The notes below the pieces were generated by a model. That model was not told the DNA's origin. It did no database searches and saw only the letters and a program-made list of their open reading frames with translations. Shown piece after piece: positions 12,824-26,460 of a DNA stretch of 64,000 nucleotides. Every line of letters begins with the position of its first letter. Position 1 is the first letter of the stretch. Position numbers and translations under genes: made by a program. Source of the DNA: Octopus sinensis (taxonomy: Eukaryota); assembly GCF_006345805.1 (NCBI RefSeq), contig NC_042997.1:161386001-161450000 (forward strand). The letters are read 5' to 3'.

Positions 12824-14165
12824 ATGGATATAAATATCTGGGGATTTTAGAATAAGACAAAATCAAGGAAAATGAAATGAAGGAAAGCTTTAGGTGAGAA
12901 TATCTCAGAAGAACCAAGTTAATTATGGTAAGTAGACTCAATGGAAAGAAAATCAGGGCAATGAACACATGGGCTGTTTTTTTAATGTGATACGGTACAT
13001 GTGTTGTTAGTTGGACAAAGAATGAGCTTGAGGAAACGGACAGGAAAACCAGAAAAAGGAAAAAGTGATGACAATTAACAAGGAGTTACGACCAAAAAGC
13101 AATATTGATAGACTGTATGTGTCTAGAAACAGGTATGGAAGAGGTCACATAGGATGCAAAATCTGTGTTGTCGATGAGAAGAACAGTCTGGGATGGCACA
13201 TCAAACAGCTGAATAAATCCTTGCTTGTCACTGTTAGAATTAACAATACATCAACCAAAAATGCAATGCACCCATAAAATTTTAAGAAACAAGATGAAGA
13301 AGAAAGTGTAAACCACTACATGGGCAGTACTTCAGAGAAATTGAAGGAAAAGACGAGATCAATACTTGGAGATGGCTAAGAAAATGTGATCTGATAGGAT
13401 GCACTGAGGCATTGATAAGCAGTGCTCAGGAACAAGCTCTGAGAACTAATTACACCAAGTTCCAATTAGGTAAGAATAACAAATCACCTCTTGTAGGATG
13501 TGTGGCAGCAGAAACGAAACAATCTCATATATTGTGAGTGAGTGTAGCAAGCTGGTCCAAAAGCATTACAAAAGGAAGCACAATAACGTGGCTTAGTTCG
13601 TCCACTAGAGGCTATGCGAAATGTATGACCTGAACATGGAAATGGTACAAACATGAACCAGAAGGAGTCACTGAGAACAAGCAACATAAGATACTGTGGG
13701 ATTTTACAATCCATTGTGACTCCCTAATCGAGGCTCAGGGACCAGATATTGTTGTGGTAGATAAAGGAAAAAAAAAAGGAAACCAAGATCATAGATATTG
13801 CAATACTTGGAGAAGTATACATAAGTAACAAGGAACTAGAGAAGATTGAAAAGTACAGACTACTAAAAGATGAAATTGTAAGAATATGGCTATGAGGAGA
13901 GTGTCTGTCATTCCAGTAGTTGTAGGAGCACTTGGAGCACTAACAACCACATTTGAGAAATATGTCGAAGAAATTGGAATTGACATGAGAACAGAACAAG
14001 CTAGGATTTTGAGATTGGTACTTAGATGTTGAATGCCTCCCACAACCAAATATCAAAGCTTATAATGTGCAGAAAGAGAACCTGTGAGACCTCTGATGGC
14101 AGGTTGATGTCCACTCTCACAGAATCTACCAGAACAAACAAGACCAAATGTTTTAAGTAAAACAA

Positions 14166-14167
<2 letters not shown>
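12824..14167 (+). mobile_element. 5'-truncated non-LTR retrotransposon with restriction-like endonuclease (R4/Dong-type), decayed, inserted in a (TAA)n tract
   Basis: Peptides YKYLGILE, DRLYVSR..GRG, CRMCGSRNETISYIVSEC (zinc knuckle, H mutated), KILWDF, PDIVVVDK, IIDIA, KELEKIEKY, VIPVVVGALG; TAA arrays on both sides. Confidence 0.85.

Positions 14168-14227
<60 letters not shown>
14166..14227. repeat. (TAA)n microsatellite at the 3' end of the R4/Dong-type element
   Basis: Direct observation. Confidence 0.95.
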
Positions 14228-14229
<2 letters not shown>

Positions 14230-14742
14230 GCCCTGATGCAGTACCAGGCAGTGGCTCTCATGGCTTCTGATCTTAACTGATTGGAAGTGTTATCATGTAC
14301 ATTGTTTTGTCTTGGTATAAAAGATGGGCTACAGCAAATATTCTGCTCAATACCACAGATTTGCTTGTCAGTTGTGGTTGATGATGTGTGCATCTCTGAT
14401 CATGAGCAGAAGTAGTGGGGGAGCATCATAGCCATGTGTTGAGAGGGATTTTTTGAGGTTTGAATAATTCACCCTTGGAAACATGGGTGTTTCGTTCATC
14501 ATCTTTAAACAAACCTTATTCAGGGACCTTTTGAGCAGGATGGGTTACTCGACCTGAAGAAAATTCTGAGCCCCACCTGCAAAGTCATGTGTTGTTTATC
14601 TTGATATGAGATCACCATGTCTCACACATATGGTGATGCATGTGCCTAGTGTACCCTTAAGACGTGTAGTCATGATGTGTATACTGGGCTTCATATATTT
14701 CACCCCAGTATCACTTTGATGGCATACACTGCTCTCTCACTC
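14228..14742. mobile_element. Non-coding interspersed-repeat-like block between two (TAA)n arrays
   Basis: GC-richer 515-bp block sharply bounded by TAA arrays; single copy in the window; class uncertain. Confidence 0.5.
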
Positions 14743-15059
14743 AATAATAATAATAATAATAATAATAATAGTAATAATAATAATAATAATTATTATTATA
14801 ATAATAATAATTATAATAATAATATCATTCCAAAATCATCACTATCTCTTTTCATTATTGTAAATTATATAGAAAGTAAACATTTAAGAATAATTTTATT
14901 CATATGACAATTTAGAAAATATGATATTGATATATTTTCAAAACAATTTATTTACATTAATACAGATTTGCAAAATAATCTGCATACAAATTTTAAGGAG
15001 GAAATATATGTAACTATAGCAACTAAAATGTTTATAATGATCATTATGTATTTATTTAC

Positions 15060-15141
15060 CTGCCAATTTCTTCAAGAATATAATAGTAGTTTTCAACTCG
15101 AGATTCACAGAATAGAATATAGCTGGGAACTGGTGTAGACT
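15060..15141 (-). CDS. Kinase exon 1 (STPVPSYILFCESRVENYYYILEEIGR)
   Basis: ttattacag/gtaaat, 82 nt, phase 1-2; leads into the Gly-rich loop. Confidence 0.88.
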
Positions 15142-15624
15142 CTGTAATAAGATATTAAATAAAATAATCTGTTTTAGTCATATCAGAAATAAATTTGCTT
15201 ACATAATTAATGTTATACATTAAATCTTCCTTTTAATATTAATATCATCAATGTTATCAGCATCATCAACATCATCGCCAGTACCAACACCATCACTACC
15301 ACATCATCATTATCTTCACCATAATTATCATCACAAATATCATCATCAATATCATCATCACCACTATCATCATTATCATCATGATTGTCATCATCACTAC
15401 TCCCATCAACACTGCTGCAACCACCCCTACCAAATGAGCTGAAATTTGGGATGATGGGTTTATCAACTCTAAAAAGATAAAATGTGAAGCTGACTTCAGA
15501 AGAACTTGAAATCGAAATGTAAAATAATAACTAATTACTGATATGTATTTTGTCATACATCTTACCAATTTAGTCAATGCATTTCACAACTGAACACATT
15601 ATACATTTGGGGGGCAATTTTTAA

Positions 15625-15845
15625 CCCTTTCGTTACCATCCCGGCTGAAACCGGCTCTTGCTCTGAGTGAAAATATCTTGTTTTTGTAAGTATTGAATAA
15701 AAATCTTCCACCAAACATTAGTCACAATTTATGTTCCTAACACTAGCTTAATGATAACTAAGTTATTTTACTAAATTCTTTGTTATATCTAAAATTGATT
15801 GAAAGAAACACAGAACATCACAAAATAAATACAGTAACAAAAGGG
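15625..15845. mobile_element. piggyBac-type MITE (221 bp)
   Basis: TTAA|CCCTTTCGTTAC...GTAACAAAAGGG|TTAA: TIRs plus TTAA target duplication. Confidence 0.85.
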
Positions 15846-16351
15846 TTAAATTTTATTTCTGAAATACAATTGCTTTGAATTTGCTTCAGAAAAAGGTCTA
15901 TGCTTGTGATGGTTAGTTGGGGTGGGGGATGCTAGGAATGTGGCCTGGGTGTCAAGGGGGTGGCACCCAAAAAAGTTTGGGAACCACCATTATAGACTAT
16001 GAAAGAGGGTTGTGGTAGTCCCGTATTATTACAAAACTGAAATGAATTTCAAATGGTATATTTATATCATGATAGCAGAATTGTAAAAGTAAAAACCGAA
16101 AATATTGAAATTTTTCCCTTAAGATAATCAGCTTCTGCAATGCATCCAACAATCTACTTTAGTAATACTCTTGTGTTTTTCTCCATCACAACATATGAAT
16201 GAGAAAGGAAGGGGTGATAGATGAATAAGGAAGGAAGGAGTGATGGCAAACTTGGTAGTTGGATGATGGAAATTCTACAGCGAAAAAAAATCAAACAGCA
16301 TTTCAACTCTGCATGAGTATATGTGTGTGTATGTAAAAGGGAGGTATGTGA

Positions 16352-16387
<36 letters not shown>

Positions 16388-18094
16388 TGGAAGTGGGATG
16401 GTGAACAGTCAACACTGAAAAGGAAAATCAAACAGCATTTCAACTCTGTGTGAGTATATGTGTGTATGTGTGTGCATGTACAAGGGAAGTATGTGAATGT
16501 TTGTTTCTGTGATTATTATGTAACTTATTTATATTCAAAATACTACAGTTTTTGATGGCATGGGGCCAGCTAATATATAATAATGGAAGCACAACTAATC
16601 TCCATTATTTTTTACTTGGTGTCAGTGGCTGGATGTCATTTCTTAATACAAGCTACTTTATAGAGTATACTCAATACTTTTTATTGTGGACCAGCAGGAG
16701 ATAGGGTGTCATGTTCTTGGCAAGACTATACAGTCCTCACTACTTTATATTGTCTTTGTTTATTTACCATCCACTTTACAGAATGTATTGGCAGCATTGT
16801 ATCAGTACATGGATACTAATGAGGCTGCCTCTCCCCACCCCCGCAAAACTAAAAACACAAATGTGACTGACAAAGTGAATAGAAGAGAGAGTGATGGCTA
16901 ACAAAGAGAAGAAAGTGAAAGTATGAGTATGAATATGAAGGGCCAAGCAAATTGAAAGAGTGAGAGACTGATAGAGAAGGGAGTAATTGAAATGAGAGAG
17001 TGAGAGCTATTTGTTCGTAGTTGGTAAGCAAATTGAATTGAAAAACAGTATGATGAGTAATATTAAGAAAGAACAAGTTATTGATAGCAATAGAGAGGGT
17101 AACTAGATGTCAGAGGAATGATATGAAGGAGAATGATGGCTAATAATAAAGAAGGATTACTAGCATCAATCAAATTTAAATGTAAATTATAAAAAAATTT
17201 TTTTTTTAGTTATGACTAAACAAAGATTGAAGAGAAAACAGTTCTTAGGACAGTTATACTAAGTCAAAGTGAAAGAAAGCGAACTCATATGCACTTTCAT
17301 ATCATAATACTAAGACGTTTACCTAGTCAGTCAAATTATTTTTGAAACACTGAATGTACACATCCAACAAATTAGTTTGTATTTACATATTATATTTGTA
17401 AATTTTGATTCTACTTTTAATGGTACTGTAGATTTGATTCTGAAATATCATCTTTATTACAACTGGACAGCAAACAATTTTGGTAAACAGTCTCTTTTGG
17501 TACACGTATACAAATAAAGTTAAACAGAAAGTGAAGTCATTGTGAGACTGAAACCAACTCTTGCAGATTCTTTTGACACCCACTTATTTCAAAAGAATGT
17601 ATTTTTTCTGTTAAAAATTTGAAACCATATTTATACAATCCATTAACTGTTGGCATTAAATGGCATTGTCAATGTTATGATTATTGTTTTCATTTATTTA
17701 TTTATTTATAGTTATCAATAATAAATGAGTTATTTGTATGTAGAGTTGTGTTGCCATGTCTTTCTCGAAAAATCTGCTAGTGTTTGTTTGTGTGTTGTGT
17801 TATTTTTAATTACTATTAGCTGTCATTCATTTCCACATTCAACTGACAATTTGTTTTAAACATTAGACTGGCTTAATTAATTTTCTAAAGCAACCATGGT
17901 CTGGCAATGTTCTTACATTTATATTATACCAACAGAAACACTGAATTCTTACAAATGCAGACTAAAGGCAGAAGCAAACACCCACATAAACTGACACTAT
18001 TGAAACCTTTACAGTTTTTACACCATTACACAGACACACAAACACACACACAGACACACACACACAAATATATTTCAATGTTGTCATGTTTTAA

Positions 18095-18136
<42 letters not shown>

Positions 18137-18194
18137 CGTATAAGCTTGCAGTCACTAATATTATCTTTTATGAGTAATAATGTTCTTTATATAT

Positions 18195-18245
<51 letters not shown>

Positions 18246-19302
18246 GCAGTGGGTACACCTTGGATGATGAGAGGAAAGACAAACAAGTTGAAGCAATTGA
18301 TCCATTGTCATACTGGTATTTATTTTATTAGCCTGATGGGGTAAAAGATGCGGTTCAAGCCCAGAAAGTGAAGCTTTCTGAACTAGATATCATAAGGTAT
18401 TTAATTTGACACATAACAGTATTTGCCACTTTTCCCACTCTTGACTATAATATAAACAAAGTTAATTGAAAGGCAACACAAACTGTACAGAAGTAATTCC
18501 TTTCATTTTCTTATTCTGTTCTTCTTACATAATGCCAACAAAACAACCTCTTTGCAGCTGCTCTAAAGGTTAGAAATAGCAGCATAATACCCTCCAATTA
18601 CACTGCATTTAAAAAATGAAACATATTAGATAATGTAGCTTCTCTTATGTACATAGATGAGATAGTCATTGCTGAAATACTTTTGACCATAGTTTTGCTT
18701 AAACAGGACTGACTGGGTAGAGAATAATGACATCATTTTCCTTACATAACAACATAACAATAAGATAAACTTTCTGGTATGAATCAGACATATAGATCAT
18801 TTAACAAAACTATTATTCATTGCTGGAAAAACTTTCTAGCAGAAATTAATGTCATTAAGTAGTCAAGGTGTATGTTTATTATTTCTCTGCTGTCAGAGAA
18901 GTTGTCATATGAAAGTCATGAATTGGTAGTTTCCTCTAGATTATTTATATTTCACAGAAACAACACTTCTCACACCTTAATAAGAACAAATCAAAGTACT
19001 GTCAATAAACAGTGACAAATAAGTCACTAAATAAGGTACGTATCTTGAAAAGACACTGGCCATAATTCTGTTGTGAATATAAAATATATGTCTCTAAAAA
19101 TGAAACATCAATCAAAATTTTTCTTTATCTAATCATAAACACAGGTATGTCTATGTGACTAAAAGGTTTATTGTTCAATCACAAGGCACCAAGTTCGATC
19201 AAACAATGTGGTTTTTTTGAGCAAGTGTCTGTCTTCTAATAGAACCTTAGATTGACCAGTACATAATATGCTCTGTGTGTGATTTTGCCAACAGAAACTG
19301 AT

Positions 19303-19462
19303 GCAGGCATGGCTATGTAGTTAAAAAGTTTGTTTTCCAGACACTCACAATGGTTTTCAGTCCCATTACATGACACATTGGGTAAATATCTTCTACTATA
19401 GCTCCAAGCCTATCAAAGGCTTGTGAGTAAGTTTGGCAGAAGAAACTAAAAGAATCCAGTCT

Positions 19463-19501
<39 letters not shown>

Positions 19502-19722
19502 ACGCGCGCACCTCATGTGACTGGTAAACAAGTGTCACCATCATACAAGTGGTGTTGTTCATTTCCAATTTTCCAGGGAATCATTTCCACTCATGAGAGA
19601 AAATACCTTGGAAACAAGTAAGTGTAGGTCTCAAGAAAGATATCTGGGTGTAGAAAATCTACCTCAAAAAGTTTCATCTGATCCATACAAGCATAGTAAT
19701 GTAGACATTAAAACAATGATGA
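19303..19722 (+). mobile_element. Older SINE with a family A head, internal (TG)n and a GAT-type tail
   Basis: Diverged match to the family A 5' half; 3' part matches 22470..22645. Confidence 0.6.
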
Positions 19723-19850
19723 AACTGTGTAAAAGAATGTCATATGTGGAATGTGTGTGGGTGTGTAAATCTCTGTTGATTCACCAGAAGCCATAGATTA
19801 AAGGGCTCAACACAAGCAGAGCATTCTTTAATACATTATAACTGAAAGGT

Positions 19851-20380
19851 TCCGTGTTGCGAATAGATGAGGACAGCTGTGTGAAAAAGTGTCACACCCT
19901 AGCAATTGAGAGAACCTATGGAAGAGGTAGACCAAGGAAGACCTGGGATGAGGTGGTGACGAACGACCTTTGAACATTGGGCCTCACTGAAGCAATGACT
20001 ATTGACCGAGACCTTTGGAGATGTGCTGTGCTTGAGAAGACCTAGCAAGCCAAGTGAGACCATAATTCATGGCCTATGTCAGTGGTGTATAACCAGCCCA
20101 CTTATGAGTACCCTTCATTCATTGGACAATAAACCTTTCTTGTGAAGACCTGTTGAGGCAAGTGAAATCAAAATCACTGAATTGTTCAATGGCAGTACCA
20201 CCTGATTGGCACTCATGCCAGTGGAACGTTAAAAGCACCACCCGAGCATGATCTTTGCCAGGGCCGCTGACTGGCTCCTATGCTGGTGTCGTGTAAAAAG
20301 CATCATCCGAGCATGATTGTTGCCAGCGTCACCTTACTGGCACATGTGCTGGTAGTACATGAAAAACAACATTCAAGCAT
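19851..20380 (+). mobile_element. RTE-type LINE 3' end with 3'UTR
   Basis: LRIDEDSCVKKCHTLAIERTYGRGRPRKTWDEVVTNDL*TLGLTEAMTIDRDLWRCAV. Confidence 0.75.
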
Positions 20381-20489
20381 CTAGTAAAAGACTAAGAATA
20401 ATATTAAAAAGAAAACACTAATTGTTTAATCTTTTTTGATAAGTAATGAAGACTTTTAGCACAGATGCATAAGCTGCTTACACACACAT

Positions 20490-20524
<35 letters not shown>

Positions 20525-21770
20525 ACACACACACACACATACATATATATATATATGCATGGGAAATGTGGTTGTAACATCACTTACAGAATTAAGCTGA
20601 ATAACTGTTAACAACTACATTATATTTGATGGGCTTCTCAGTTTCTATATACCAAAATACATTTCAAGACAATATAATTTTTTTTATTGCATAGTCAGTG
20701 GAGAAAGGACTCACTACTTTTTGTATGGCCTTTAAGACTGGTGGAGAAAGTTATCCTCAGATTAGAGGCTTCATCTAAATGCATGCAATGTGTGAACTCT
20801 GCCAAAGCACACAAAAGTTAAATAGTGGTGTTAAACCAATAGATGCAGTTCATCTACCACTCAAATATATTACTCGATGAATTGGACAATATTCACCTAC
20901 CTCATGTAATTAAAAAAATTATAATAAAATATATCAACTGCGAAAAAAATGAAATAAATCAACTTTTTCCTTTTTGGAGAATTATGTTAAATTATTCTAG
21001 TTCTCTCCAAATGAAGTCAGAGACACAGTAAGAGTTAATGTCCAGCTACTACAGAATCATCTGATTGGTCCCTGTATGAATACATAGGTTGCAGACAAAT
21101 CTTGAGATTGAGCCATGAAGAAAAGCACCTTGTGCATTTTGTAAAGTTGCTAGTATTACGAAGGGCATCAAGCCATATAAACTATGCAAAAGAAGACATT
21201 GGAGCATAATGCAGCCTTTGGTCCCAATGGATCCTGTCAAACTGACCAATCTATGCCAGCATAAAAGATGAGTGTTAAAAGATGATGAAATAGGATGCCA
21301 ATAATGACTAGAATTATAAAAAAAGCATACAAAATTAGGTTTCAGTAGAAAAGTCATGATGGATATTTAAGTATACATATGTTGGTAATTTTAAAATCTA
21401 TCAGTCAAGCAATCTTAATTACAGAATATCTTTTACAAGCTGAAATATAATTTTCAAATAAATATTTTTAGTTTTCTCTACAAAAGAATCAGCAAACTTG
21501 CATTTTAAATATGCCAGCAAGGAACATACTGCTTGACCATATAACATGCAGGAGATAACCAAGCCTCCTCCAAATTATATTCTAGCATTTAAAAGAGAGA
21601 AACAGTTAATGAAGTCCCAGACACTCCTAAAGAAAAAAAACAGGATGGTCATAACTGGAACACCTTTGATCATACTTCTGCTGGATCAGAGCTGGACTGG
21701 AACTCCAATAGTAGCAGCAATAACAACAAAACAACTAATTTAAACTTCTATTGTACTAAAAATAACTTAC

Positions 21771-22052
21771 CTGACACTTCTATCTCAGCCGTTGTAAATG
21801 TTTTTCCTCCTTCATTTTCAGCAAAGCATTCATAAATACCAGCATCATTGATGTTAGCATCATCAAAGACTAAACTCCATTGACAAGGTGACTCATACTG
21901 GACATGCACTCTAGATGTTTCTATCAGAGGTTGTCTGTTTTTACTCCAATATACGCATGGATATGGAATTCCATCAATGTGACAATTTAATGAACCACTG
22001 CTGCCACTTACCAAAAAGATGTCTTGGAGTGGTTTTATAATTGTTGGTGGTT
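21771..22052 (-). CDS. Ig I-set exon (PPTIIKPLQD...CHIDGIPYPCVYWSKN...DAGIYECFAENEGG...IEVS)
   Basis: tttattag/gtaagt, 282 nt, phase 1-1; canonical I-set motifs. Confidence 0.93.
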
Positions 22053-23309
22053 CTAATAAAAAGATAAAATTAACAAAACTAAGAATGAACAGAAACATTA
22101 ATGAAGAAATACATTTCTTATTAGGAAATATACTTTAGGAAATAATCATCAAATTTCTCTTTAACTAAATTTTTAATAAATGTAATTATTTATTTTGTAT
22201 CACAATTGGTGAACAATAGTATTGCTGGTCACAGGTTTCCAATGAGCTAATCACTGGTTCATTGTATGCCTGACAGTGTAACATGATATGTCTGCAATAT
22301 TGTGTATAAGAGCTATCACAGGAAACTTTGCTCATGCAATGCTTGTTTTTTGGTTTGCTAACTGATGCTTATATCTGTTGCCAATATATAATGCACATGT
22401 GTGTGTGTGTGGTGGGGTACCTCTCTGTCTTGAAATCATGTGTCAGATGTAAATGTGTGATGCCAACAGGCAGAGTCGTTCATCTCCAACCTCCCATGAA
22501 AACAAGTCTGGTCATGAGGAAATATCACTTTTCTTAGAAACAAGTGAATGTTGGCAACAGGAAGTGCATCCAGCCATAGAAAAATCTGTCTCGGAAAATT
22601 CTGTTTGACCCATGCAAGCATGGAAAAGGGAACATCAAAATGATGCCAACATATATATGATGGACTTCTGGACAGTTTCCATTAACCAAATCCTATTCAC
22701 ACTATATTGATCAACCCAAGGCTACAGTGACAGATATTGGCCCAAAGTGTTGCCCCATAGGACTGAACTCACAACATCATTGTTGTGAAACAAACTTCTT
22801 AAAACAGTTATTTTCATGATGCTTGTTAAATGCAGCTCAAAATAAAAGTAGAATTGACTTATAACTTTATTTCTATCATTTTATTTTATTTTAAAATAAA
22901 TCTTAACTATTTTCTAGTGTAGAAAACTTGTGGTAAATATTTGAAATATGCACATACCACTCTCTTTACATTTGTTTTATTTCATGCATGGAAATTCAAT
23001 ATAAAATTACAATAACAATGTGTGCTATAAAGTATACTATACAGTATTAAAAAATATTGTACATATATAACCTCTTTGATATTACTGTAAAATAAAGCAA
23101 AAGTAAAAATAGCAAACATGTTTTCAATGAACATTATTACTCTTCTATGAAGTGGTTAATACAATTTCAACATGCAATCTCAGTTTAAGTCATTTGTCAA
23201 ATAAGTACAACTCTGAAATTTCTGTAATGCAATTTCTGGTAAATGTAGTTTGGTATCACATTCAAAACTCAAGAAACAATATTAATAGTTTATGTATTAT
23301 TAGGTATAC

Positions 23310-23597
23310 CTGCTAAGTGTAGAGTAACTGTCTGGCAGGCAAAGCCTACTTCATTTTCAACATAGCACTTGTAATCGCCACAATCTTCCCATGACATGTT
23401 TGTAAATTCCAAAGTTACTGTTCCATCTATCTTGACAGAAGATGAATATCGATCACCATGTTCAATCTTGTTATCCTTAAAATACCAAGAAGCTTTAGGA
23501 GCTGGATATGATTGTATTTTCAACTCAATCTTTCCATTACTACATTCTGTTGCATACTGAGGGACTCCTTCTGGAGTAAGGAATTCTGGAGTTTGTG
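23310..23597 (-). CDS. Ig I-set exon (QTPEFLTPEG...SYPAPKASWYF...DCGDYKCYVENEVG...HLA)
   Basis: tttccag/gtatac, 288 nt, phase 1-1; PxPxxxW and DxGxYxCxxxN motifs. Confidence 0.92.
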
Positions 23598-23908
23598 CTG
23601 GAAATGTAAAACAATGACAATATAATAAGCAAATTTAGAAGTCAAGCTAAAAGCAGAAAAACCTAAGTAACTTTGAGTTAATAACTAATTTTACTATTAT
23701 ATCTTCAAGAAAATATCAGAAGTATATCATTGCATGGAAAGCAGAATTTATCATTTTTAAAACAAATATTTCAATTTTTTTTTTTTTTTTGCAACTTCGT
23801 TATATTGATGTACATTGTATTGCATTGAAACAAACATAGTTCCGATAAGCAATGAAAGAACATGGAAAATATATTTCACACTATGATTAGAAAAGTGTTA
23901 TTACTTAC

Positions 23909-24022
23909 GGGTTTTGAATTCCGAATCGAAAAAGGAACTAGCATCATCTGGAGAGAGTAGGTCTGGACTCATTAAAATGGAACTTTCAGTTGAAAGCTGC
24001 CTTTGCAGTTGTTTCAAATAAT
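23909..24022 (-). CDS. Linker exon (YLKQLQRQLSTESSILMSPDLLSPDDASSFFDSEFKT)
   Basis: ctctttttag/gtaagt, 114 nt, phase 1-1, open. Confidence 0.8.
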
Positions 24023-25299
24023 CTAAAAAGAGAGAAAATTTATTCAAGTCTTTTTAATACCATTCTGTCTTAGATGCCTCAACTAAAATGTTCATATTTA
24101 AAGAAAATCTTGATCAAAATCTCATAACATAAATGATAAGTGAAATTTCATGTTTAACACCAACATGAAATCTACCAACATATAAAGATACACATATTTT
24201 AGTAAATCTTTCAAAATATCTTACTTATGCTGGAAAATTAATTGTAGCACATAGTCTGTTTCTTAGAAACATAGTCACAAAAATACTATTCAATTGAGAC
24301 TCATTTTATGGATGTGTAATTTTTAGATCTAAAACTGCATCTGTATTTTAACTTGCTCTACTTTCCATGAATATGAAGAGGTCAATGCAAGTGAGATATA
24401 TCAACCATCCAGAGAGCAGAAGAATAGGCCTTCAATAAGGAAATAATATGTTAGACCATGTACTCCTAAACACCTTAGGAAGACTGTTGACTATGTCTAC
24501 TCAAGCCAGTTAATCTGGAGATAAACAGCAACAATTTCTATTTGGGATCTACAATACAAGTTCTGTTCTTTGATAATTTTTACCATATAGTTTGTATTTG
24601 ATAATATATTTTGCCATTGTCACCCTCATCATCATCACCATCATCATCATTTTACATCCACTTTCCAAGCTGGCACTGGTTGGACAGGCCAATATGACTT
24701 TCATTCAGTGTTGCTGTTCTCCTAGATAGGTCAAAGGACTATGTCTTGCTCTTATTCTGTTTTAACTATGAATTCTACAGCTGTATGACCTTCCTAACAC
24801 TAATCAGTTTACATAGTGTACTGAGTGCATTTTCTCATGATATCATAGAAGTGCCATGTCCTCAACAGGACAAGACTAAAAATTCTCTTCATCATATGAT
24901 GGCTCATTTTATTTGTTAACACAGTGGATGAAGTACTATATATTATATTGTAGCATTAACACCAATGAAGTTGTTATGTACCCAAGTGATAAAAGAGACC
25001 TTCATTCATTCAAGACATGAAGCCAACAGAAAACGTTGATCACAGAATATGGAGTAAAGTGAGATGGAGAACCTATAATTGCCCCTTTCTTCAGTATAAC
25101 AAAACCAATGAACATATGCACATTGCTCTCTCACTGCTGAATAAAGTTCTTTCTTATATTTCTTATATTTCAGTTTTAGTTTCTTGTTCACCAATTTTTG
25201 TTACATTGGTCTTGTTTATCCCACCATCTTATTTATTGTTGTTCACAGTTTCTCTTCTGTGACCTTTCAGAATCAACTTTTAATATCCATGATCTTATA

Positions 25300-26460
25300 A
25301 AGATAATAACGCCATGCAATTTTGTTTATTTTTGCTGTATTGTTGCTTGGTCTTCCACATTCTTATAAGCATAATATATATTCATGAGAATATCAAGCTG
25401 TTCTTAACATGCTTCTATTTTTCTCTGCTCTTCCAGAGACAAGCTCCAAGATGACTTCCAGAAAAAAAAACAGAAATAATTCCTCTTCAAAAGTAAACCA
25501 ATCAGGATTAAGAGCATAATTTCTCATCTTCATGTTGACCTTGACACCTCACTAACAGCATCAAATACAAAATGACATTACAACTTTGAATAGCAATTTA
25601 ATAAAATCACCTATAAAGTATCTCATGAAATATTGAGTTTGATGAAGAGGCATAAAACATTTCGCAATCAATTCAGCTAATCGAGATATGAAAAGCAGGT
25701 CATAATAAACAGACAAGAAGAAAATGAAAAAAACAAATTCAAGACAAAAATCATTGAAATCTATTAAAAAGAAAATAAAGAAAGGAAAATTCCGAATAAC
25801 TTCATTACAACAGAGTCACAGAAAACAGAAATAGAATGGTAGAAAGATTAGTGAGCTACCAAAAGCTAGGTTTCAATGACAGAAATATCAATGACCTTAC
25901 AAAAGATGATAACATGATTGAATCTCTAATGGCTACAAGTTCTAAAAATTACATTATATGAATGAGAACATACAATCAAGAGAAGTAAAGCCCCAGGACA
26001 ATATAACAAGAGAAGTTATGTTAAAGTTACTTACTAAACTCTTTATTGAATACTGCATGAAAACCAAAATCCTTAAAAGTTGGTAGGATATAATAAGCAC
26101 TTTATTGCACATAAAGGCAGATAGAAAAGGCTTATATAGCTAAAAGTCTTCTGTGCACCATATATAAAATATTCACAAAGCTCAATATAGAGTGTAAGAG
26201 ACAAGTATAGATGGGAATATGACACATATATAGAAGGACAGGTGTACAAAAAAGTGAGATACACTGAAAGTAAATAGAACTTGGGGAAAACAGGGACCAG
26301 GTGAGCCTTGGAACAAAATAATGAAGACTGATTTGAAGATGGTGCATCTCACAAAAGAGACGACAAAGACATCATCAACAATGGGGACACAGTGCAGGTG
26401 AAAATCAGTGCACCTGTGGAAGTGGATATCTCCTACCCATTGTACCATGCTTCCAGTGTA
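25300..26460 (+). mobile_element. Highly decayed LINE (RTE-like) fragments
   Basis: KAPG-like motif near 25987 and a GRP..W...K.DL-like 3' motif near 26290..26370; boundaries approximate. Confidence 0.4.

Noticed and set aside
15251-15577. His-rich and Met/Ile-rich ORFs (also the poly-I/N ORFs at 12467..12968, 14022..14907 and 31795..32061)
   Set aside because: They derive from CAT/AAT trinucleotide tracts in introns or retroposon tails.
16286-16500. About 70-bp imperfect direct repeat around a (TG)n tract
   Set aside because: An ordinary old local duplication with no coding or structural signal.
23290-23309. GTATAC donor as a second U12 intron
   Set aside because: GTATACCTAA does not match RTATCCTTT, and the acceptor at 22053 has an ordinary pyrimidine tract with no CCTTAAC branch site nearby.
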